From: Thermodesulfobacteriota bacterium
GTDB taxonomy: Bacteria; Desulfobacterota; Binatia; Bin18
Length of the DNA stretch: 64,000 nucleotides
NCBI GenBank assembly: GCA_964291405.2
Contig: OZ219926.1
Coordinates: 4,416,001 to 4,480,000, forward strand
Direction of reading: 5' to 3'
Positions 1 through 8,900 of the stretch are shown here, one piece after another; positions within the stretch are counted from its first letter, which is position 1; the number at the start of each line of letters is the position of its first letter. Under the pieces are notes generated by a model that had not been told where the DNA came from, did no database searches, and worked only from the letters and a program-made list of their open reading frames with translations. The position numbers were made by a program, and so were the translations under genes.

Positions 1-958
1 GGAAACCCTGCTGGGCGAACGCTGGGCCGGAACGAATAACGGCATCCGCCAACACGTGCCGAGTCAGACCGTCACCGCCGCGGTCGCCCAGGCGCGGGAG
101 GTGCAGGCCGACTCCATTATTGCGTTTGGCGGCGGCAGTCCGATTGATGCGGCAAAAATTGTGGCCATGGAGTTACTCCAAGAAGGCCAGCCCCAGGAGG
201 CCATGCCTCAGATTGCGATTTCCACGACCCTGTCCGCAGGTGAATTTACGCCCTTCGCCGGTATCACCGACGAAGACACACGGGTCAAAGGGCTGCGGAC
301 GGACCCGCGCATTTGTCCCAAGACGGTGATCCTCGACCCCGAGGTCACCCTGCCCACACCCAAGCAGCTCTGGACCGCAACCGGCATGAAAGCCCTGGAT
401 CACGCCATCGAAGCCATCTGGTCGGTCAACCCCCAACCCGTGACGGACGCGCTAGCCATGGAGGCTATCCGCAAGCTGCATCGCTCTCTTCCCCTCTCGC
501 TCGCGGAACCTGATAACCTTGAAGCGCGAGGGGAATGTCAGGTCGCCGCTTGGCTGTCCATATTCGGGCTGACCAATGTCGGGGTGCGTTTAAGTCATAT
601 CTTTGGGCATCAGATCGGCGCGCGCTGGGACGTTCCGCATGGGGTGACCTCGTGCATCACCATCCCGCACTGTATGCGTTTTCTGGCTCCACAAACTCTA
701 AAGCAGCAAAGCATGATCGCCGAGGCCCTGGGGATTCAGACCAATGGGCGCAGCCCTGAGGACGTGGCGGCCGAAGCGGCGGACACGGTTGAAGCCTTTA
801 TCCGGTCACTCGACGTCCCGACCCGCCTGCGCGATGTGGGGGCTATAGAGGAGGAGCTGCCCATTGTTGCCGAGGAAGTGATTAAAGAGAGTTCCCTGTG
901 GCATAACCAACAGGGTGGGGAAGAGGCGCTGCTCGGACTGCTCCGGCAGATGTGGTAG
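1..958 (+). CDS. Iron-containing alcohol dehydrogenase family protein, 5'-truncated by the window edge
   Basis: Frame is open from base 2 (ETLLGERWAG...). Motifs GGGSPIDAAK, TTLSAGE, VILDP, GMKALDHAIE, LSH...HG. Confidence 0.88.
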   Translation, partial: ETLLGERWAGTNNGIRQHVPSQTVTAAVAQAREVQADSIIAFGGGSPIDAAKIVAMELLQEGQPQEAMPQIAISTTLSAGEFTPFAGITDEDTRVKGLRTDPRICPKTVILDPEVTLPTPKQLWTATGMKALDHAIEAIWSVNPQPVTDALAMEAIRKLHRSLPLSLAEPDNLEARGECQVAAWLSIFGLTNVGVRLSHIFGHQIGARWDVPHGVTSCITIPHCMRFLAPQTLKQQSMIAEALGIQTNGRSPEDVAAEAADTVEAFIRSLDVPTRLRDVGAIEEELPIVAEEVIKESSLWHNQQGGEEALLGLLRQMW

Positions 959-960
959 GC

Positions 961-1051
961 GGAGATTAGGGGTTAGGGGATGGGGGTTGGAATGATCTGT
1001 ATCGCTAGGCTCCTGACTTCCTCTCCCTCGGAGAGATGGTTGGGGTGAGGG
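961..1051. repeat. Heptamer-like tandem repeats followed by a CCTCTCCC...GGAGAG...GGGGTGAGGG repeat unit
   Basis: ggagattaggggttaggggatgggggttgg at 961-990; cctctccctcggagagatggttggggtgaggg at 1020-1051. Similar heptamers in reverse orientation at 63971-63998. Confidence 0.5.
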
Positions 1052-1055
1052 TCCA

Positions 1056-2330
1056 ATGCCGAAGCCGCTCCGTTTCATTGAAGAGCCTGCGCGCTCAACA
1101 CCTGTGAAGGCCGAAACCCAAGTCCTCGTGATTGGCGGTGGTTCGGCCGGTGTATCGGCGGCGGTTGCCGCGGCCCGCCATGGGGCTGACGTGATCCTGG
1201 TCGAACGCCTCGGCTATCTTGGTGGCCTGGCCTCCGGGGGTATGATTATTCTGCTGCTGACGCTTGATGACGGCCGTGGACGGCAGGTAGTCGGCGGTCT
1301 ATGTCAGGAAGTGACCGAGCGCTTGGACCAGCGCGGTGCGGCCCAATTCCCATCCCAAGACGAATGGGGCAGTGCGGATGAAGCGTTAGTCCAGCGCGAC
1401 CAGTCCTGGGGGCTGGTCTGGGGTCACGGCCCGCATCGCGTGCGCTATTCGGTCGCCTACGATCCCGAAGAGCTCAAGTTTGCCCTGAACGGCATGGTTG
1501 AAGACGCTCGGGTGCAACTGCTGATGCATACGCACGCCTGTGAGGCTCTGGTCGAGGGTGACCGCATTACAGGCGTGACGTTTCAGAGTAAATCCGGCCG
1601 TTTTGCCATCTTTGCCGATGTCGTTATCGATGCCAGCGGGGACGGCGATATTTTTGTCTCAGCCGGGTCTGCCTATGAAAAAGAAAAGGTGCTGCCCTGG
1701 CTGTGGTTCTCCATGGGCGGGGTGGAAAGCCCGGATGACGCCATTCGCGCTGGTGGCTGGTTTTTCCATACCATCGGGAAGGACAAGGTCTTATTGCCCT
1801 GGGGGGCGACTGACAAGGTCTCCAGAAAGATTGACGCTACTGATCCCGACGATCTGACCTATGCCGAGTTGGAATGCCGCAAGCAGGTCATGGCAGAGGT
1901 CGATCGTCTGCGCAAAGAAGCTCCTGGCTTTCGGAATGCCTATCTGTGTCATATTGCCGACCAACTCGGGATTACGGAAAGCCGGCGCTTGGTCGGCGAG
2001 TATATGCTCAGCCGTGAAGAGATGGATATCTCCTGCGAAGATGTGATCGCCATCACCGGCCATTGGACCAAATACGAAAGCCTCTACTATATTCCGTACC
2101 GTTCCCTCCTCCCCAAGGAGTTCTCAAATCTGCTGGTAGCCGGTCGCTGCATCTCGGTCGATCACCGCGTCCATCATGCCACCAAAGAAATCCCGCCCTG
2201 CATGGCAACCGGCGAAGCCGCAGGGACCGCGGCCGCTCTGGCCGTGCAAAACGGCCTCGGTCCGAAAGCCCTGGATGTGAAAAAGCTCCAACAGCAACTT
2301 GAAGACCGTGGAGCCATTTTGCGGCTGTAA
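1056..2330 (+). CDS. FAD-dependent oxidoreductase (FAD_oxidored type)
   Basis: VLVIGGGSAG Rossmann motif, VIDASGDGD, ESRRLVGEY, YYIPYRSLLP, NLLVAGRCIS, GEAAGTAAAL. Confidence 0.9.
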   Translation: MPKPLRFIEEPARSTPVKAETQVLVIGGGSAGVSAAVAAARHGADVILVERLGYLGGLASGGMIILLLTLDDGRGRQVVGGLCQEVTERLDQRGAAQFPSQDEWGSADEALVQRDQSWGLVWGHGPHRVRYSVAYDPEELKFALNGMVEDARVQLLMHTHACEALVEGDRITGVTFQSKSGRFAIFADVVIDASGDGDIFVSAGSAYEKEKVLPWLWFSMGGVESPDDAIRAGGWFFHTIGKDKVLLPWGATDKVSRKIDATDPDDLTYAELECRKQVMAEVDRLRKEAPGFRNAYLCHIADQLGITESRRLVGEYMLSREEMDISCEDVIAITGHWTKYESLYYIPYRSLLPKEFSNLLVAGRCISVDHRVHHATKEIPPCMATGEAAGTAAALAVQNGLGPKALDVKKLQQQLEDRGAILRL

Positions 2331-2383
2331 TTCCGAGGAAGCCCGCTCAGATTGGTCCGCTACAGGTACGAAACATTTTTCAT

Positions 2384-2536
2384 TAGAGCAGTTTTCTCCG
2401 TGGTGTAGCGAGGTGCTCTCCAGAGTTCCGTAGGGTGCATCCTATGCACCACCTTTACTGGTGCGCAGGGCGCACCCTACGTATCGGGAAACACGCGGAG
2501 GCCGTTGGACGCGACACTCATGTGAATTTTGCTCTA
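2384..2536. mobile_element. Possible MITE with TAGAGCA termini enclosing an inverted GTAG-type REP-like pair
   Basis: Left end tagagcagttttc, right end aattttgctcta (imperfect inverted repeat). Internal cgtagggtgc...gcaccctacg at 2429-2481. Lies between convergent genes. Confidence 0.5.
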
Positions 2537-2541
2537 GCCCC

Positions 2542-3327
2542 CTATTTGCGGCCTTCCCCCCAGGTATTCCAGTAGGTCACCTCTTTCCCCGGTCGTCGTC
2601 TCGCGGGCTTGAAGTCTGTCCCCGTGTAATAGGCAACCGGCAGCAGGACGGCCTGGGTGACGGAGTCGGGGATGCCGAGGGCTTCGGCAACTTTACGTTC
2701 TTCAACCAAGTGCAGTGTGGTCCAGGCCGAGCCGAGCCCGCGGGCACGCAGGGCTAACATCAGCGACCAGGCCGACGGCAGGATTGAGCCGTACAAGCCG
2801 GCTTGCGCCGCCGGACTCGGATCGTCCGGTCGGCCCTCAATGCAGCCGATAAGCAGCACGGGCACCTCATGCATATGATCGGACAGATGCCACGCCGAGA
2901 CGGCAATGCGCTGTCCCGAGGTTGTCGGTGTACCGGAGGGACGTGGGCCTGCATAGCTCTCGAAACTTTGCCGGTACAGATCCGCGACGATCTTTTTCTT
3001 GTCCGGGTCGGTCACGACCATAAAGCGCCAATTCTGCTGGTTGCTGCCGCTCGGTGCCTGGAGAGCGATTTCGATGACTTCTTCAATGACCTCCGGTTCA
3101 ACCGGACGCGTCAGGTCGAGCCGCCGCCGCACTGTTCGTGTGGTCGTCAGTAATTTATCGACAACGGCAAGATCAAGCGGGGCCGATTGTACACCCCCGT
3201 TGTCGGTGGTCGCGTGCTGGTCTCCATACGACGGGCAAGGCTGGAAACCGAAGCCGGTGATAATGAGCGTTGTGATGAGCCAGACCTTGGCGTTTGTAAG
3301 TAGACACATAGTCGTTCCGCGTTCCAT
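2542..3327 (-). CDS. Nitroreductase family protein with an N-terminal signal-like extension
   Basis: TTRTVRRRLD, ALQAPSGSNQQNWRF, LRARGLGSAWTT. RBS AAAGGAG upstream of the ATG. Confidence 0.88.
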   Translation of the reverse strand: MERGTTMCLLTNAKVWLITTLIITGFGFQPCPSYGDQHATTDNGGVQSAPLDLAVVDKLLTTTRTVRRRLDLTRPVEPEVIEEVIEIALQAPSGSNQQNWRFMVVTDPDKKKIVADLYRQSFESYAGPRPSGTPTTSGQRIAVSAWHLSDHMHEVPVLLIGCIEGRPDDPSPAAQAGLYGSILPSAWSLMLALRARGLGSAWTTLHLVEERKVAEALGIPDSVTQAVLLPVAYYTGTDFKPARRRPGKEVTYWNTWGEGRK

Positions 3328-3348
3328 GCAAACTCCTTTCAGTCCTGT

Positions 3349-3696
3349 CTAGGTAGGCACTAATTGAATTCTTGGTGAAGACTCTCGGATATTTTTTTGA
3401 TTCTCCAGGTCTTGCCGAACGCGCTGGCGGAGTGACTCTAGGCGGACTCCGGCGCATTCCTCCGGGAGCGATGAAACTTTCTCCAGCCCCTTTCCCAACA
3501 TTTTTACTCCGCCCAGATAGCCGGAGACATATTTATGATAGCCCACCGCGATTTGAATCAGGCCGACGAACATCTCCCAGGTTTTGTCATCATCTTCCAC
3601 GTCATCCAGGGCCTCTTCCAAGTGCTCATGAGCCTCAAAATAGCGACCAGAATTAAAATCCTTGACTGCCCTGAGCAGAGCAGGGTGGTATGTCAT
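3349..3696 (-). CDS. DUF309 domain protein
   Basis: FNSGRYFEAHEHLE and GLIQIAVG motifs. Start uncertain (3696 or 3744). Confidence 0.82.
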   Translation of the reverse strand: MTYHPALLRAVKDFNSGRYFEAHEHLEEALDDVEDDDKTWEMFVGLIQIAVGYHKYVSGYLGGVKMLGKGLEKVSSLPEECAGVRLESLRQRVRQDLENQKNIRESSPRIQLVPT

Positions 3697-3767
3697 GGTC
3701 AGGTATTGTAGCTTTTCCTCTGATAAGAAACAGTGCTCAGACATAACGTAATAAGGAGGGCCACGCT

Positions 3768-5174
3768 ATGGCAGACGTTACCGAACTGTGTACGAAAACG
3801 CTGACCGAGGTTGCCGGGCTGATCAAGCAGAAAGAGGTCTCGCCGGTCGAGTTGACCCAGGCGATGCTTGAACGCATTAGCGCGCTCGACGGCGCGCTCC
3901 ACAGCTATATTACGGTCACGGCCGACCTGGCCTTGGAACAGGCCAAAGCCGCAGAACAAGAAATCCAAAGAGGGACGTATCGCGGGCTGCTGCACGGGGT
4001 GCCGATTGCGGTCAAAGATCTGTGTTACACCAAGGGCATTCCAACCACTGCGGCCTCGCCCATGTACGCGGATTTCAAACCCGACTTCAACGCCACCGTG
4101 GTTGAGAAGTTTTATGAAGCCGGAGCCGTCATGCTGGGCAAACTGGCAATGACCGAGTTTGCCCTGTCCGGCTACCATCCGTCCATGCAGCCACCGGTCA
4201 ACCCATGGAGTGCCGAGCACTGGCCGGGGGCGTCATCGAGCGGGTCGGGGGTGGCAACCGCCGCCAGCCTGTGTTTTGGCTCATTGGGCTCGGACACGGG
4301 CGGTTCGATCCGTTTCCCATCCGCTGCCTGCGGCATTGTTGGTGTCAAACCCAGCTATGGCAAAGTCAGCCGCTATGGCGTGTTTCCTCTGGGAGAGAGC
4401 CTGGATCATGTTGGGCCGATGACGCGCAGCGTGGCCGATGCCGCCGCGATTTTACGTACGATTGCCGGCTTTGACCCCAACGATCCGACCACTCGTCGCG
4501 AAACGGTGCGCGACTATATGGACACCGTCTACAACGGAGCTCAGGGGCTCCAGATCGGGGTGGATGAAGCCTACTGCACTAACGGTGTTGACCCGGTCGT
4601 GCGCAGTGCTGTGCTGGCCACGGTCGAGGTTTTTCGGGACTTGGGAGCCGAGATTCACGAGGTGGACGTGTCGCAGATCAATGATGCCACGCCCCTCTGG
4701 TACGCCATGTGCGCGGCAGAGGCTGCGGCGGCGCACTCCGAGACTTTTCCGTCTCGGGCTGATGAATACGGACCCACGTTTCGGGCCTTCTTGGAAGACG
4801 GAGTCAAAGTCACTGGCGCACATTACGTCAAAGCGCATGTTGCCCGCCAGTATACCCGCCGGTTGATTGACGAGACATTGCAACAGGTAGATATGCTGCT
4901 GTGCCCGGCTATGGCGACCCCGCCCATGGCGGTCAAAGACTTCTCACCGCAAGCCGTGCTCCCGCCTGACAATATCCCGTCCCTGCTGGCCTTCACCGCG
5001 CCGATGGATTTCAGTGGCAGCCCGACGGTCAACCTGCCGTGCGGATTTACGGACGATGGCTTGCCGCTCAGCGTCCAGCTTGTTGGTCGGCATGGAGAAG
5101 AAGGTACAATCATGCAGGCCGCCTACGCCTACGAACAGGCCACCGAATGGCATACCCGACAGCCGGAGGTGTAG
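3768..5174 (+). CDS. Amidase (amidase-signature family)
   Basis: LHGVPIAVKD, PGASSSGSG, GSDTGGSIRFP (Lys-Ser-Ser triad). RBS AAGGAGG. Confidence 0.93.
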   Translation: MADVTELCTKTLTEVAGLIKQKEVSPVELTQAMLERISALDGALHSYITVTADLALEQAKAAEQEIQRGTYRGLLHGVPIAVKDLCYTKGIPTTAASPMYADFKPDFNATVVEKFYEAGAVMLGKLAMTEFALSGYHPSMQPPVNPWSAEHWPGASSSGSGVATAASLCFGSLGSDTGGSIRFPSAACGIVGVKPSYGKVSRYGVFPLGESLDHVGPMTRSVADAAAILRTIAGFDPNDPTTRRETVRDYMDTVYNGAQGLQIGVDEAYCTNGVDPVVRSAVLATVEVFRDLGAEIHEVDVSQINDATPLWYAMCAAEAAAAHSETFPSRADEYGPTFRAFLEDGVKVTGAHYVKAHVARQYTRRLIDETLQQVDMLLCPAMATPPMAVKDFSPQAVLPPDNIPSLLAFTAPMDFSGSPTVNLPCGFTDDGLPLSVQLVGRHGEEGTIMQAAYAYEQATEWHTRQPEV

Positions 5175-5197
5175 GGGCGCAGGTCTCTGTGTCCCAT

Positions 5198-5224
5198 GCC
5201 AGCCGCCCCGATGGGGCGGCTGGC
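5198..5224. terminator. GC-rich hairpin after the amidase gene
   Basis: gccagccgcccc-gat-ggggcggctggc, 12-bp stem, no clear U-tract. Confidence 0.45.
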
Positions 5225-5324
5225 CACTGATGTCCTGATCTTTGCTGACGCATATTTATCTCCGATTCCTGGGTAATCTGGTCTGCCACAATACTGAGAA
5301 TGTGCTAACCTGACGGGAGGTGAG

Positions 5325-5924
5325 ATGAGCACATTCGGTATCGTTCTGGTTGTTGTGGCGGTGATTGCGGCGCCGGGCGCGTGGGCGCAGCCGCTTGAGC
5401 TTGAATCGACGGACCCGCCTGCACAAAAGAAGCGCGCCCCCACCCTGAAACAGCGCAGTCCCCAGGCGAGAAGCGACGCCGGCCAAAGCGGCCAGGGACA
5501 AGTATACACCTACGAAGACGGCGATCGCACCGTGCGGGTACGGCTCCAGTCCGACCTGGAGGTGAGCGGGGACGGCAGCGTCGCCAGAAGCAGCGGAGAG
5601 CACATTGTCGCCAGGGACAGCTCCAGAAGAAGGAGTAGCGGGCAGCCGGTGTTCCGGTCCGAATCCTCAGGCACCCTGATGACCCTGCCCGGCGGCGTGC
5701 TGCTGGTGCTGGACGCGGAGTGGAGCAAGGCAGAAACCAATTCTTTTTTCGCCCGCAACCGGATCAAGCTGAACCGGGTGTCGGCCTTGGATATCGCTGC
5801 CAACAGTTTCTTCGTAGAGACTGCGCCGGGCTTTCCGTCCCTGGATTTAGCCAACACGCTGGCCGCGCAGGACGGGGTGCGCATTTCCAGCCCCAACTGG
5901 TGGAGAGAACACACAACCAAGTGA
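5325..5924 (+). CDS. Secreted hypothetical protein, candidate external chaperone/propeptide of the downstream S8 protease
   Basis: RBS GGGAGG; signal peptide ending AWA-Q; C-terminal ~85 aa with a propeptide-like alternating beta/alpha pattern; ends 16 bp before the protease gene. Function is inferred. Confidence 0.7.
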   Translation: MSTFGIVLVVVAVIAAPGAWAQPLELESTDPPAQKKRAPTLKQRSPQARSDAGQSGQGQVYTYEDGDRTVRVRLQSDLEVSGDGSVARSSGEHIVARDSSRRRSSGQPVFRSESSGTLMTLPGGVLLVLDAEWSKAETNSFFARNRIKLNRVSALDIAANSFFVETAPGFPSLDLANTLAAQDGVRISSPNWWREHTTK

Positions 5925-5940
5925 GCGACTGACCCAAGAC

Positions 5941-8900
5941 ATGCGCTCGGATGTGGTGAAAATACTGCTGCGGACGGCAGTGTGGGGACTGTGTTTGCTG
6001 CTGGTTTCCGGGGAAGTCTGGGCACAGAGCGTACCTGGCGCCCCCATCATCAGCACGGTTACGGCAGGCCGCAGCAACTCTCTCGGTTTCACCCTTGCCG
6101 TGACCTGGACGGCACCCTCCGATCCTGGCGGCTCGGCCATCGAAGCCTACGATGTGCGTTACATCGAGACCGCCGACGATGAGACAGACGACGCCAACTG
6201 GACCGTAGAAGATAACGCCTGGACTTCCGGCAGCCTGACCTACACCATCTCCGGGCTGACCGACAGCACCGAATACGACGTGCAGGTGCGGGCGGTCAAT
6301 ACCACCGGCGACGGCGCCTGGTCCGCCACCGAGACGGGCACCCCGGATCATGGCGACAGCGCTTCGGAGGCGACGAGCCTGACGCTGGGCACCGATATGG
6401 AAGGCGTGATCAATCCTGGGACCGACGTGGATTACTTCACGTTCAGACTGACCAGAGAGACCGGCCTGCTCATCTGGACGACCGGCGATCTCGATACCGT
6501 GGGCGAACTCCAGAACATCGGCGGCACGGTGATCGCCAGTGACGATGACGGCCCTCTCTCCAGCGCTCCGTTGAATTTCTTCATGTGGCAAACCCTCGCC
6601 GCGGGGACATACCGCCTCAAGGTCTCCAGCTATGGAGACGCTACGGGGTCCTACGTCCTGCGCACCAGGACGATGGTCGATAGCAGCAGCATTTCCAACG
6701 CGCAGGAGATCACCTTCGATAGTGATGGAAATGGGTTTACCAACGGACTCATCGACCCGGGCGGCGACACGGATTACTTCACGTTCACAATCTCGGAAGC
6801 GACCGATATCGTCATTCGTACCACCGGCCTTGTCGGTGATACGGTGGGGACCCTCCTGAACAGCGACGGGACGAAGATTCTTGCCTCTAACGATGACGGC
6901 TATCTTCAGCCGAGCTCGTTGCAATTTCTGATCCGCACCCGACTCGACGCCGGGACGTACTACATCGGGGTCAAGGGCTTTGACGAGGCCGATACCGGGT
7001 TCTACAACTTGCATGTCAACAAAGGGAATGAGCCGGGCAATACACGCGCTGACGCCGTCTCTCTGGACCTCGGTATCGCAGAAGGGAGCAGGATAGACCC
7101 ATCGACCGATGAGGACTACTTCAGCTTCGACATCACCGAAACCACGAATATCTTCGTAGGGGCTGTGAGTGAAACGGTGAATATCGACGGAGAGCTGCTC
7201 GATGAAAACGGTAACTCGGTTTCAACCTTTCCGCATGACATATCGTTCGGGAGCGGACGGGACATCTTTTTTCTCCACGACCGCTTCGACGCGGGCACCT
7301 ACTACATCAAGGTCACCCCATCCGCCGATGACGACACCGACGACGACACCGGAGCGTACACCATCCGTGCGTTTGAAGTTGCGAGCTACAACAACTTTCT
7401 GGCTCGCTGTGACGACCTCGATGACACACTCAGCGACCCGCTGTACGGCTGCCAGTGGCATCTGAACAACGAGGGGCAACTCAAAGGGGGGACGTCAGAC
7501 GAAGATATCAACGTCAAAGAGGTTTGGGACGGCAATAACCTGGGCGCTGGCGTCAATGTGGCCGTAGTCGACGACGGCATGGATTCTGACCACGAGGACC
7601 TGAGCGCCAACGTGAATACAGCGCGTAACCACGATTACACCGCCGGCGAGGGGGAAGACACGACCAACATATTTCATCCCCTTGAAGACCACGGTACGGC
7701 GGTAGCGGGTATCATCGCGGCGCGGGATAACAGCCTGGGCGTGCGGGGCGTGGCGCCCAGGGCGACGATCTACGGCTACAACCTCCTCCTGGACATCACC
7801 GATGCCAACAGAGCAGACGCTATGAAACGTAACTTGGCGACAACGGGTGTCTCCAACAACAGTTGGGGATTTTACGACGGGCCTGGGTTGGACCCCGCCC
7901 CTCCACTCTGGAGAGAGGCGGTGAACACAGGAATCTCCGAGGGGTTCGGCGGTAAAGGTATTTTCTATGCCTGGGCTGCCGGAAACGGGGCCTTGCGGGG
8001 AGACTACTCCACCTTGGAGGAGTACGTGACCCACCACGGCGTGACTGCGGTCTGCGCGGTGAACGACCAGGGCCAGCGCTCCGCCTATTCGGAAGAGGGC
8101 GCCAACCTGTGGGTCTGCGCGCCGTCGGATGACTTCATCCACCCTCGTCAGGGGATTACCACTACCGACAACGACGACTTCTATAGAAATAATTTTGGCG
8201 GCACCAGCGCGGCTACTCCTATCGTTTCCGGCGTGGCCGCATTAGTGCGCAGCGCCAATGCCGACCTGACCTGGCGGGATGTGAAGCTCATCCTGGCCGC
8301 ATCCGCCCGCCAGAACGACCCGGACAACACTGGCTGGGAGGACGGCGCGCTGAAATATGGCTCTGACACGGAGCGCTACCACTTCAACCACGAATACGGT
8401 TTCGGCGTGGTGGATGCCAAGGCCGCTGTGGATTTGGCCGACGCCTGGATCACTCTTCCAACGCTCGTGGAGCAGGAGGAGTCGTCCGAAAATCGCAACT
8501 GGCGCATCCCCAACCACGGCACGGTCACCAGCAACATCACCATGGGCTCTGCTGTCGAGTTCGTCGAGTTCGTCGAAATCAACGCCTACTTCAATCATAC
8601 CTCCTTCCGGGACTTGCAGGTAGAGTTGGTCTCTCCGTCGGGGAAGGTGTCCGTCTTGTCTGTTCCCTACGAGGAATACGGAGAGGAATACGAACTGATT
8701 GGTGGGCGTCTGCAGCTCCCATTCCACGGAAGCTTCCGGTTTGGCTCGGCCAAGCACTTGGGCGAGAACCCTGCCGGGAAATGGACACTGCGCATCAGCG
8801 ACCACTTACCCGGTAGCCCTGGAATCCATACCACCGGGAGTCTGTCATTGTGGAGCCTGACCGTCTACGGGCACCGATCCACCCCTGGGGCACCGGTCCT

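Noticed and set aside
5764-7014. 416-aa minus-strand ORF
   Set aside because: Antisense shadow of the giant protease gene; no motifs; expected in high-GC DNA.
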